DNA of 64,000 nt, from NCBI GenBank assembly GCA_041661795.1, contig JBAZTS010000004.1:6136-70135 (forward strand), written 5' to 3'. Numbering within the stretch: the stretch's first letter is position 1; each line of letters begins with the position of its first letter. This document shows positions 36,138-43,426 of the stretch, in pieces. Under the pieces are notes generated by a model, which worked only from the letters and a program-made list of their open reading frames with translations, had not been told where the DNA came from and ran no database searches. Made by a program: the position numbers and the translations under genes. The stretch comes from Minisyncoccota bacterium (GTDB lineage: Bacteria; Patescibacteriota; Minisyncoccia; UBA6257; JAGOQP01).

Positions 36138-36863
36138 ATGGATAATCCGAAAATCTTAATTGGAACTCCTACTTATTCGGGAAAGTTTTATTGTCTCTCA
36201 GAATGGGTAGAAAATATAAAGAAGATTAACTATCCCAATTTTGACGTTCTTTTGGTTGATAACTCCAAAGATGATGAATATAAAAAGAGGATTGAATCTT
36301 TGGGAATAAATTGTGTTAAATCCCCGCATTATGAGGGAAATCCAGTAAAAAGTTTATGTGAAGCAAGAAAGGTGTTTTTTGATAAAGCTCTTGAGGGTGG
36401 GTACGATTATGCCTTTAGTATAGAACAGGATCTTTTCCCGCCAGCAGATATTATACAAAAACTTCTTAAGTCCGATAAAAAAATTATCGGAACTACCTAT
36501 CTAGTTGGTCAACTTATGGATGAAAAAATAAGGAGAAAAAAAGATTGGCTGACATCATTTGCCGATTTGGAGAAAGAAATAATATTACCTGATGGCAATA
36601 AGGCCATGTATTGGATGACTCTTTCGGAAATAAAAAATAGAGGAGTGTTTCGGGTCAAGAGTTGTGCTTTTGGATGCACGCTTATTGCTCGCGATGTATT
36701 AGAAAAAATAAAACCAAGAGTGATTGAAGGATTAAGAAGATTTGATGATTACTATTTTTTTGAAGATTGTTTTAAAGAGGGCATAGAGGTTTATGGAGAT
36801 TCAGATATTTTAGTAGACCATTATCCTAGTTTAGGCGGGGGAAGTGGCTGGATTACACTTTGA
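36138..36863 (+). CDS. Glycosyltransferase family 2-like protein
   Basis: 'LIGTPTY...DVLLVDNSKDD' Rossmann-like GT-A N-terminus. Confidence 0.5.
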   Translation: MDNPKILIGTPTYSGKFYCLSEWVENIKKINYPNFDVLLVDNSKDDEYKKRIESLGINCVKSPHYEGNPVKSLCEARKVFFDKALEGGYDYAFSIEQDLFPPADIIQKLLKSDKKIIGTTYLVGQLMDEKIRRKKDWLTSFADLEKEIILPDGNKAMYWMTLSEIKNRGVFRVKSCAFGCTLIARDVLEKIKPRVIEGLRRFDDYYFFEDCFKEGIEVYGDSDILVDHYPSLGGGSGWITL

Positions 36864-36881
36864 TTTCTTTCTATAAAATGA

Positions 36882-36917
36882 GCACGGCTCGGATGTTTCC
36901 ATCCGAGCCGGTAGTGC
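36882..36917. terminator. Hairpin GCACGGCTCGGA-TGTTTCCA-TCCGAGCCGGT, left boundary of the GC-rich/cassette island (a related copy at 42498..42527)
   Basis: Read directly; it follows the minus-strand GC-rich ORF 36944..37372. Confidence 0.6.
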
Positions 36918-36943
36918 TTTAGGCGTGTGCTTGTTGCGGGGAG

Positions 36944-37372
36944 CTAGAGTTCGTGAGCCCAGGGGGCCCAGATGATCATGGTGGCGTCGTCGATCGTCGG
37001 TTGCTCGTCTGGCGGTCTGGGGGGGATCGCGACGACGACGTTGCCCTCCCTGATGCCCAGTTCGGTAGCGGTTGAATCGAGTTCGGTTCTCAACGACGTC
37101 CAGAAAAAGTCGTTGAGAGTCCGAAACTGACGCCGGTTCCGCTGGATTTTGATGTATGACCGCCTGAAGAAGGAGGCACCACCAAGCGATGCGGTTTCCG
37201 CCGTCAAGCTTTCGATTTCGGCGACGATGAAGCTCATGACCCTCAGGATGGTGGCGAGGTAATCGGGGATTTTACCGATCACCTTCTCACCCTCCTTGAC
37301 GGGGGGAAGCCCGTCGCTCGCCGGGGTTTGTCCGGCCTTTTCCACTAACTCGTCTAACCATGGAATCTGCAT
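36944..37372 (-). CDS. Hypothetical GC-rich protein (142 aa)
   Basis: AAGGAG ribosome-binding site upstream of the ATG. Composition unlike the host backbone. Terminator hairpin downstream. Confidence 0.5.
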   Translation of the reverse strand: MQIPWLDELVEKAGQTPASDGLPPVKEGEKVIGKIPDYLATILRVMSFIVAEIESLTAETASLGGASFFRRSYIKIQRNRRQFRTLNDFFWTSLRTELDSTATELGIREGNVVVAIPPRPPDEQPTIDDATMIIWAPWAHEL

Positions 37373-37441
37373 CGTCCGCTCCTTTCAAAAGTATTTATGT
37401 ATTAACAGAAATTGAAGAAGTTGTCAATAAGATATAACCCA

Positions 37442-37472
37442 GTGTTTTTTGTTTTGGTGTAGGTGATATAAT
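37442..37472 (+). promoter_or_regulatory. Conserved promoter GTGTTTTTTGTTTTGGTGTAGGTGATATAAT (copy 1 of 3), extended -10 TGnTATAAT, ending 6 nt before the ATG
   Basis: Identical or near-identical copies at 39371..39401 and 40558..40588, each 6-8 nt upstream of a start codon (leaderless-type). Confidence 0.65.
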
Positions 37473-37478
37473 AAAAAC

Positions 37479-37712
37479 ATGAGAAAGGAGCCAAAAAAAC
37501 AAAACATTGTCATCTATCAAACTAAAACCGGAGCAATTGAGCTTCGCGGTGATTATTGCAAAAAAACTATTTGGGCAAATCGTATGCAGATGGCCAAGAT
37601 ATTTGGTGTAAATCCTCAAGCAATTTCTAAACATATTCAAAATATCTATCAAGAAAAAGAGTTACAAAGAAAACCAACTAGTTCCATTTTAGAACTAATT
37701 CAAAATGGATAA
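37479..37712 (+). CDS. RhuM/Fic-associated N-terminal DNA-binding-domain-like protein (77 aa, probably a fragment)
   Basis: 'IVIYQTKTGAIELRGDYCKKTIWANRMQMAKIFGVNPQAISKHIQNIY' resembles the N-terminus of RhuM-family proteins. Confidence 0.5.
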   Translation: MRKEPKKQNIVIYQTKTGAIELRGDYCKKTIWANRMQMAKIFGVNPQAISKHIQNIYQEKELQRKPTSSILELIQNG

Positions 37713-37913
37713 TAGTTAATGTAATTATAGATAATCGTTAAACTTTGCCTATCTTTATTTTATATTTACATACATAGATTTTAGATATATCTGAGGGAGT
37801 ATGTGCAAATTTTGCACACAGTATAATACTGTAACTAATTCTTATACCTATCCAACCCACCTACACCAAAAATATGCTTAAGGACCAAATGGCCGAAACG
37901 ATTATCACCAAAT

Positions 37914-37947
37914 AACATCCTTACAAACTCCAGTTTGTAAGGATGTT
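37914..37947. repeat. Perfect palindrome AACATCCTTACAAACTCCAGTTTGTAAGGATGTT (cassette-boundary hairpin)
   Basis: Read directly. It shares the CAAACTCCAGTTTG core with hairpins at 38961 and 39328. Confidence 0.75.
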
Positions 37948-38090
37948 ATTTTACGGCCCAACTTCCCAGTAGTAATCTTTGCTTTACCGCTTGGGAATTG
38001 GGACAGGTAGATTCTTATTATATTTTGACTTCTAAATTGACTAAGTGGTTAAATTGTGTTATCCAATAAGTAGAACTCAAGGAGGAAAGT

Positions 38091-38303
38091 ATGAAGATGG
38101 AGAAGATGACCGATCGGAAACTGGGGCGGAAGGCGATGAAAATTCGCCTGATCGCCGAGACCGAGGAGGAGATGTCACTCCTCACCGAGATCACCTCTCA
38201 GTTGTTAGGAAGGTGGCCGGTTCTAGGAGACAAACTGAAGGATGAGAAGGTTTTCCAGCTTGACGTCACTCTCCGCAAGATGTGGTCAGCTGTTCTCGGC
38301 TGA
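38091..38303 (+). CDS. Hypothetical small GC-rich protein (70 aa), first gene of a three-gene GC-rich module
   Basis: AGGAGGA ribosome-binding site. A TTGACTTCT -35-like element upstream, similar to the other GC-rich modules. Confidence 0.45.
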   Translation: MKMEKMTDRKLGRKAMKIRLIAETEEEMSLLTEITSQLLGRWPVLGDKLKDEKVFQLDVTLRKMWSAVLG

Positions 38304-38350
38304 CGCGAAGCGCTTGCTTAACTTGCTGTATGAACTGAAAGGAGACAGAG

Positions 38351-38617
38351 ATGTGCGGACCACAGTTGGGAATCCCGCTCAACGACCAGACCCTCGCTGA
38401 GATGTCCCAGGAGGAGAGGAACTTCTGGCTGGACTTCCTGGAAGAGGCCTCTGATGTCATCGAGAAAATGGCGGATGAAGAGGCCACTCAGCCATTCACT
38501 CCGCCGGCCTCGCTTCTGTCCAAGTACAACATGGCGGTGGCACGCTATGATGGGCGTGCTTACTGCCAGATCCTCCAACTGGAGGAGATCTTCAACTTCC
38601 ACCAGACCCAGACCTAA
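38351..38617 (+). CDS. Hypothetical small acidic GC-rich protein (88 aa)
   Basis: AAGGAG ribosome-binding site 7 nt upstream. Confidence 0.45.
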   Translation: MCGPQLGIPLNDQTLAEMSQEERNFWLDFLEEASDVIEKMADEEATQPFTPPASLLSKYNMAVARYDGRAYCQILQLEEIFNFHQTQT

Positions 38618-38628
38618 CAAGGAAGGAG

Positions 38629-38826
38629 ATGCCGATGTTTTCAAACAAGAAGTGTCCGAAGTGCGAGAAGTCGTACACGATCCTAGCGACCACGATCTAC
38701 AACGTCCAGTGGTGCTTCTCCCACGGAGAAGCACCCGTCTTCCTGGACAGGACGCTCTGTTGTGGAGCACCTGTCGGGAACTTTCGGGGAGGAGACCCCT
38801 CTTCGACGCTGGTGACCAGCACCTGA
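38629..38826 (+). CDS. Small Cys-rich protein (CPKC...YNVQW...RTLCCGAP), paralog of 42236..42424
   Basis: Clear amino-acid similarity to ORF 42236 (KKCPKCEKSYTILATTIYNVQWCFSHGEAPVFLDRTLCCGAPV vs KEKCPKCGQTCGMAITVYNIQWVRENGERPVYLSRTLCCGSPM). Ribosome-binding site present. Confidence 0.6.
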   Translation: MPMFSNKKCPKCEKSYTILATTIYNVQWCFSHGEAPVFLDRTLCCGAPVGNFRGGDPSSTLVTST

Positions 38827-38960
38827 TCAACTCTCCAACTACTTAAGTACAACCAGGGCAGTTTCACTGCCTCGACCGCCGCGGCCAACCCCCGCGGCGG
38901 ATCTTTTTTATAAAGAAATATAATTTTGATTTTCATCGCTAATCTTGGCCTATCTTTTCC

Positions 38961-39000
38961 ACATAACATATCAACAAACTGGAGTTTGTTGATATGTTAT
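38961..39000. repeat. Perfect palindrome CATAACATATCAACAAACTGGAGTTTGTTGATATGTTATG (cassette-boundary hairpin)
   Basis: Read directly. Same stem as 39328..39365, with the loop inverted. Confidence 0.75.
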
Positions 39001-39026
39001 GTGTGGGGATGTATAATATACAGAAT

Positions 39027-39311
39027 ATGGAAAAGCTAAAAACCGCCGAACAAATGGAGAGGCATCTTAAAGGAATGGCCAATCATTACCGGATTGAAAT
39101 TTTACTTCTTTTAGATTCCAGCGACGGCATAACTCTTGACGCTATTATAAAAGCAATGGATGCTGACCCAAGAACAATAGGGGAACACGCTAGACGTCTC
39201 TACAATGCCGGCTTGGTTGATAAAAAATATAGGGGCAGATTTATGGAGTATAAACTCTCTCCCTATGGGAAAAAATTTGTTTCTTTTTTAAAATCTTTTC
39301 AGCGTGTCTAA
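39027..39311 (+). CDS. ArsR/SmtB-family winged-helix transcriptional regulator
   Basis: 'MANHYRIEILLLLDSSDGITLDAIIKAM' HTH_20 pattern. Start chosen at the internal Met after the hairpin. Confidence 0.6.
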   Translation: MEKLKTAEQMERHLKGMANHYRIEILLLLDSSDGITLDAIIKAMDADPRTIGEHARRLYNAGLVDKKYRGRFMEYKLSPYGKKFVSFLKSFQRV

Positions 39312-39327
39312 TTTAAATTCTTTAATT

Positions 39328-39365
39328 ACAACATATCAACAAACTCCAGTTTGTTGATATGTTGT
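39328..39365. repeat. Perfect palindrome ACAACATATCAACAAACTCCAGTTTGTTGATATGTTGT
   Basis: Read directly. Confidence 0.75.
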
Positions 39366-39370
39366 TTTGG

Positions 39371-39401
39371 GTGTTTTTTGTTTTGGTGTAAGTGATATAA
39401 T
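39371..39401 (+). promoter_or_regulatory. Conserved promoter GTGTTTTTTGTTTTGGTGTAAGTGATATAAT (copy 2)
   Basis: One-nt variant of the 37442 and 40558 copies; it ends 8 nt before the GNAT ATG. Confidence 0.65.
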
Positions 39402-39409
39402 TAGTTTAA

Positions 39410-39871
39410 ATGAAAATAAAAATTAGGAAAGCAAAATTAGAGGAGCTAAAAAAGATTGTTAATGTAACCAGTAAAGCATTTGACGATCCGTTTGATCCTA
39501 AGGGCTACATAAGGAAAGACAAAGAGTATTATAAAGATTTAGTAGCGCCGTTTAAAGATAAAAAATTTGGTATTTTTGTTGCGGTCTATAACGATAAAAT
39601 AATAGGAGTTCAGCGATTTGAATTTATAAAAAACAATATAAATCTATTTCGGCTTGGTGTGTTAAAGTCATTTAGAAACAAAGGCGTGGCTCCGGCTTTG
39701 ATAAAAAGAACCGAATCCGAAGGTAAAAAGAAAAACTGCAAGAAGATAACTCTGATGTGTATTGAAGAAAAGGGATTGACTCCTTACTATAAAAAAATTG
39801 GTTTTAGGGTGGATAAGATAAAGAAGCATCGAGATCATCACGATGTTTTTATGTCTAAGTCCATAAACTAA
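39410..39871 (+). CDS. GNAT-family N-acetyltransferase
   Basis: 'IGVQRFEF...FRLGVLKSFRNKGVAPALIKR' acetyl-CoA-binding motif A (R/Q-x-x-G-x-G/A). Confidence 0.7.
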   Translation: MKIKIRKAKLEELKKIVNVTSKAFDDPFDPKGYIRKDKEYYKDLVAPFKDKKFGIFVAVYNDKIIGVQRFEFIKNNINLFRLGVLKSFRNKGVAPALIKRTESEGKKKNCKKITLMCIEEKGLTPYYKKIGFRVDKIKKHRDHHDVFMSKSIN

Positions 39872-39895
39872 TCTGCCTTCTCCTAAAAAGTTTTT

Positions 39896-40038
39896 GAGTG
39901 TTTTTTGGTTTAAGTTGACTTCTGTGATTTATGTGATATAACTATGGCAGAATTGTAGTCAATCGAAGTTTTGCACCAAACTGTCTGTGAACAGAAGGGG
40001 CGGTGTAAAACACTGCTCTTTCACAAGAAAAGGAGAAA
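39896..40038 (+). promoter_or_regulatory. Promoter (TTGACT ... TGTGATATAAC) plus conserved roughly 100-nt 5' leader of GC-rich module 1; homologous to 41903..42033
   Basis: About 75-80% identity to the leader at 41903-42033, including 'AATCGAAGTT(T/C)TGCAC' and 'CTGCTCTTTCACAAGAAAAGG(A/G)GA'. Alternative pairings GTGAACAG/CTGCTCTTTCAC and GAAAGAGC/GCTCTTTC preserve a hairpin. Confidence 0.55.
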
Positions 40039-40411
40039 TATGTCTCAGGCAAAGTGTAGTTCTTGCCAACGCGTTTTCGAACCGTCTGTCTCGTTCGACT
40101 TCTACCCGAAGCCGACTCCGAAGGATCCAGACGCCGGTTTGTGCGAGAGCTGTCTCATGAGAGGGATCTTCCAGGAGACGGCGCGCGACCCGGTCCCGGT
40201 TCCCAACGGACACGAGACGAGCGTCTGCAAGAAGGGACAGGGAGAACTGACCTGTAGCTTTTTGGGTCTCTCTTCCAGGGACGGGCACCTCGTCTACGAG
40301 TGCCTGAAGGGAAGCTCCTTGGAATCGGCCATCAGAGGGCGGCTTCGGGAGGGCTCCATGAAGTCCAAGGGGGACAACTGCTCCGGACCCCCCGACTTCC
40401 GGGCCAACTGA
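40039..40411 (+). CDS. Cys-rich protein (124 aa), apparently a fusion of domains homologous to ORFs 42034 and 42236
   Basis: The N-terminus 'CSSCQRV..YP..P.DPDAGLCESC' resembles 42034 'CDVCCYRR..YPVDP...C'. The C-terminus 'CKKGQGELTCSF..' resembles 42236 'CPKCGQTCGM'. Ribosome-binding site AAGGAG. Confidence 0.5.
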
Positions 40412-40557
40412 CCATCTCTCTCACAAAGCACAACCAGGCAGAACAAAACTGCCACTTGACCGCCACGGCTCACCCCGTGGCGTTCTGCTTTTGTAAAAAT
40501 ATTTTTTGGTTTCTCTTATTTTCTAATTCGTACGAATAGGTAAATAGAAAAATTGGG

Positions 40558-40588
40558 GTGTTTTTTGTTTTGGTGTAGGTGATATAAT
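40558..40588 (+). promoter_or_regulatory. Conserved promoter GTGTTTTTTGTTTTGGTGTAGGTGATATAAT (copy 3)
   Basis: Identical to 37442..37472; it ends 6 nt before the NYN-gene ATG. Confidence 0.65.
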
Positions 40589-40594
40589 ATAAAT

Positions 40595-41095
40595 ATGAGA
40601 ATAGAAGGAAATAATTGTGCCTATATTGATGGAGCTAACTTGCACAATGGTGTTGCCAGCTTAGGTTGGAATCTTGATTATAAAAAATTTAGAGTATGGT
40701 TATCGGAAAAATATTCAATAAAAAACGCCTATATTTTTATAGGACTCATTTCTAAGTACAAAGAACTTTATAAATATTTACAGGAGTGCGGATTTACTCT
40801 TATTTTTAAAGAGGTGATTTATGATGGAAACGGTAAGCCAAAAGGAAATTGTGACGCTGATTTAGTTTTACAATCTACTCGCGATGCTTATGAAAACAAA
40901 TTTGATAGATCAATTATTGTTACAAGCGATGGAGATTACGCTGGATTAGTAAAATTTCTTCAAGAAAAACAAAAGTTATTAGTCATTCTATCTCCCAACA
41001 ATCAGGAAAGGTGCTCGATTCTTCTTAAAAGAACTGGCGTCAAAATAGCTTACATAAATGACCAGCGTTCTATATTGGGGACTTCTGTAAAATAA
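40595..41095 (+). CDS. NYN-domain (LabA-like) putative ribonuclease
   Basis: 'AYIDGANL...D.ADL.L..........SDGDYAGLVKFL' NYN/DUF88 pattern. Confidence 0.65.
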   Translation: MRIEGNNCAYIDGANLHNGVASLGWNLDYKKFRVWLSEKYSIKNAYIFIGLISKYKELYKYLQECGFTLIFKEVIYDGNGKPKGNCDADLVLQSTRDAYENKFDRSIIVTSDGDYAGLVKFLQEKQKLLVILSPNNQERCSILLKRTGVKIAYINDQRSILGTSVK

Positions 41096-41292
41096 AAAAG
41101 CCCCCAACGAAGACAGAACTTCGCAAGGGTCTTTTTCGTAGTGATGTTATATATATATCACACTTGTACAATAAAATCAATCTTCTGTGGATAACTTAAA
41201 AACCAACCTTATTCTTTAAAAAACGCTGTTATATCTTTGACGATATCTTTGGTTGATTATATAATGAACGTAATACTATTAAATAAAATAAA

Positions 41293-41841
41293 ATGGATCC
41301 AGAAAATAATGTAGAAAATATTGTTTCGTCGGTTGGCGGTAAGAAAAAATTAATAATTATTGGAGTTATTGTTCTGGCGGTTATTGTTGTTGGGTATTTG
41401 ATTAATGGTTTTGTCGGCAGAACTGCGGGAGATAAATTGGCCGAAAACATTCTTGAAAATCAACTTGGAGGAAATGTGGATATAGATTCAAGTGACGGTT
41501 CCGTTTCTATAGTAACAGACCAGGGAACTTTTACTTCCGGAGATTCAGCCAAGTGGCCATCGGATATGCCAAGCGATGTTCCAAAATTTACCAAAGGCAA
41601 AATAACGGTAGCCGGGTCTTCTCTGACGGGAGGCACTGGCTGGCAAGTGATGTATGAAGGCGTTAATAAGGGAGATTTTGACGCTTATCACAACACTCTT
41701 AAATCCGCGGGATGGACTGACATCGGAACATTTAGCGCTGATATAAATATTATTCAGATGAGTAAGGGTGAAAATAGTTTGATGATGGCTATTGACGCTC
41801 AAAGCAAAGCATTCACTCTGACGGTTTATACTGGAGAATAA
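41293..41841 (+). CDS. Hypothetical membrane-anchored protein
   Basis: N-terminal TM helix. A strong terminator follows (41851-41882 AAAACAGGGCTCTTGGAGCCCTGTTTTTTTT). Confidence 0.45.
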   Translation: MDPENNVENIVSSVGGKKKLIIIGVIVLAVIVVGYLINGFVGRTAGDKLAENILENQLGGNVDIDSSDGSVSIVTDQGTFTSGDSAKWPSDMPSDVPKFTKGKITVAGSSLTGGTGWQVMYEGVNKGDFDAYHNTLKSAGWTDIGTFSADINIIQMSKGENSLMMAIDAQSKAFTLTVYTGE

Positions 41842-41902
41842 TTTATTGTCTCAAAACAGGGCTCTTGGAGCCCTGTTTTTTTTACATAAAAATGTTTGTT
41901 GT

Positions 41903-42033
41903 TATTTTGACATCTGTGACTTATGTGGTACAACTTGAGCAAGATTGTAATCAATCGAAGTTCTGCACTAAACGCTGTTTATCGAAAGAGCGGTGCGGGA
42001 CTTGCTCTTTCACAAGAAAAGGGAGGAAAGAAA
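41903..42033 (+). promoter_or_regulatory. Promoter (TTGACA ... TGGTACAAC) plus conserved 5' leader of GC-rich module 2
   Basis: Homologous to 39896..40038. Confidence 0.55.
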
Positions 42034-42219
42034 ATGCTTCCAGCATGTGACGTGTGTTGTTACCGAAGAGATATCTGGCGTATTTACCCCGTTGATCCTC
42101 GGAAACAAAAGTTGTCTCACAATCGCTATGCCTGCGATCTTCACAAGAGCGAAGTGATCTCGCGGGTGAAGTCCAGTACTGCGTGGCCCAACTTCGAGGT
42201 GATCGTCGAGAAGATCTGA
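42034..42219 (+). CDS. Small Cys-rich zinc-ribbon-like protein (61 aa)
   Basis: GGGAGG ribosome-binding site; 'CDVCC...C..H' pattern. Homologous to the N-terminal half of 40039..40411. Confidence 0.5.
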   Translation: MLPACDVCCYRRDIWRIYPVDPRKQKLSHNRYACDLHKSEVISRVKSSTAWPNFEVIVEKI

Positions 42220-42235
42220 AGGAAAGGAGAAACAA

Positions 42236-42424
42236 ATGCCGAAGAAGGAGAAGTGTCCCAAGTGCGGGCAAACGTGTGGGATGGCCATCACGGTCTATAA
42301 CATCCAATGGGTGCGTGAGAACGGGGAGCGTCCGGTGTATCTTTCCCGGACGCTCTGCTGCGGCTCACCGATGAGGGGATTCTGGGGAGAGAATTTCCCC
42401 CTGGTGCCGGGATCCAGCCCCTAG
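42236..42424 (+). CDS. Small Cys-rich protein (CPKC...YNIQW...RTLCCGSP), paralog of 38629..38826
   Basis: AAGGAG ribosome-binding site; paralogy as above. Confidence 0.6.
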   Translation: MPKKEKCPKCGQTCGMAITVYNIQWVRENGERPVYLSRTLCCGSPMRGFWGENFPLVPGSSP

Positions 42425-42497
42425 TTCTTTCGCTGTCGTACATTACCGGTCAGGCATCTCGCCTGACCGGTTTCGCTTCAAAAACTCACCCAAAATA

Positions 42498-42527
42498 AAG
42501 CACGGCTCGGAAAATCCGAGCCGGTGA
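42498..42527. terminator. Hairpin GCACGGCTCGGA-AAA-TCCGAGCCGGTG, right boundary of the GC-rich modules (a related copy at 36882..36917)
   Basis: Read directly. Confidence 0.6.
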
Positions 42528-42626
42528 TATTGTTGATGTGTTAATGTGGTTTGTGAGTTGTGCTTTCTATGTTACAATCAATGTCCCGGTCGAGTGATTA
42601 TTTCTAATTTTGTTTAAAAATATTTT

Positions 42627-42821
42627 ATGAAAACAATTTCATGTAAAGATATGGGAGTAGAGTGTGATTTTTCCGCTCAGGCCGAAACAGCCGAAGAAGC
42701 AGTAAAGTCCTTAAAAGAACATGCTGCTCAAGTTCACGCCGATAAGGTTGCCGAAATGTCGGCCACTATGTCAGACGAACAAATGACAAGCGAGATGATG
42801 TCCAAAGTTAAGGATATGTAA
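42627..42821 (+). CDS. DUF1059-family small protein
   Basis: 'MKTISCKDMGVECDF' matches the DUF1059 N-terminal signature. A terminator follows at 42828-42865. Confidence 0.6.
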   Translation: MKTISCKDMGVECDFSAQAETAEEAVKSLKEHAAQVHADKVAEMSATMSDEQMTSEMMSKVKDM

Positions 42822-42888
42822 TTTCAAAAACCGTCCCGATTTGTCGGGGCGGTTTTTTGTTTGGATTGGAATATTGTAAGATGTATCT

Positions 42889-43221
42889 ATGAATAACAAT
42901 CTTACTCAAAAAAAGTGTCTGCCTTGCGAGGGAGGAGTCCCTCCTCTGGATAAAACCCAAATGGAAGAGCTTATTAAAGAAACCCCCGGCTGGGAGATCA
43001 CAGAAGAAGGGAAAAAAATAAAGAGAGAGTTTAAATTCAAGGATTTTAAAGAAACGATAGTATTTGTAAACAAAGTGGCAGAGTTGGCAGAAAGTGAAGG
43101 GCATCATCCTGATATCCATATTTTTTACAGCCGTTTGGAACTGGAATTATGGACGCATATGATTGGAGGACTCTCGGAAAACGATTTTATTTTGGCAGCC
43201 AAGATTAACGCTTTGCTATAA
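42889..43221 (+). CDS. phhB: Pterin-4a-carbinolamine dehydratase (PCD/DCoH)
   Basis: 'E.GHHPD' active-site motif and overall PCD pattern (WEI.EEG..I.REFKFKDF). Confidence 0.8.
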   Translation: MNNNLTQKKCLPCEGGVPPLDKTQMEELIKETPGWEITEEGKKIKREFKFKDFKETIVFVNKVAELAESEGHHPDIHIFYSRLELELWTHMIGGLSENDFILAAKINALL

Positions 43222-43282
43222 ATTATTTTTTGATATAATTAAATCAGTTCGCTAAATCTTCTGCGAACCAAAAGGAGGCAGT

Positions 43283-43426
43283 ATGCCAGTTTGGTGTAAT
43301 AAGCACAACAAGGAGGTGAAGAAGAAGGACAGGGCGCGATGCTACAGGTTGGGGTGCTCGTGGCTGTCGTTCATCTTGCGACGAAAGAGCAGGAGAATCA
43401 GTCGGAGTAGCAGAAGGTAAGCACAT
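43283..43426 (+). CDS. Small Arg/Lys-rich GC-rich ORF (47 aa), tentative
   Basis: AAGGAGG ribosome-binding site 6 nt upstream; GC-rich. A hairpin terminator (AGGCCTGCGT-TTGGGG-ACGCAGGCCT) follows at about 43460-43490. Confidence 0.3.

Noticed and set aside
37395-37652. 85-aa minus-strand ORF
   Set aside because: It is antisense to the promoter and the RhuM-N-like gene and has no start context, so spurious.
38318-38830. 170-aa minus-strand ORF and other overlapping frames (38266-38487, 38454-38846, 38697-38969) in the GC-rich module
   Set aside because: High GC suppresses stop codons in all frames. The three plus-strand ORFs have ribosome-binding sites, and one has a clear paralog, so the antisense and overlapping frames are discounted.
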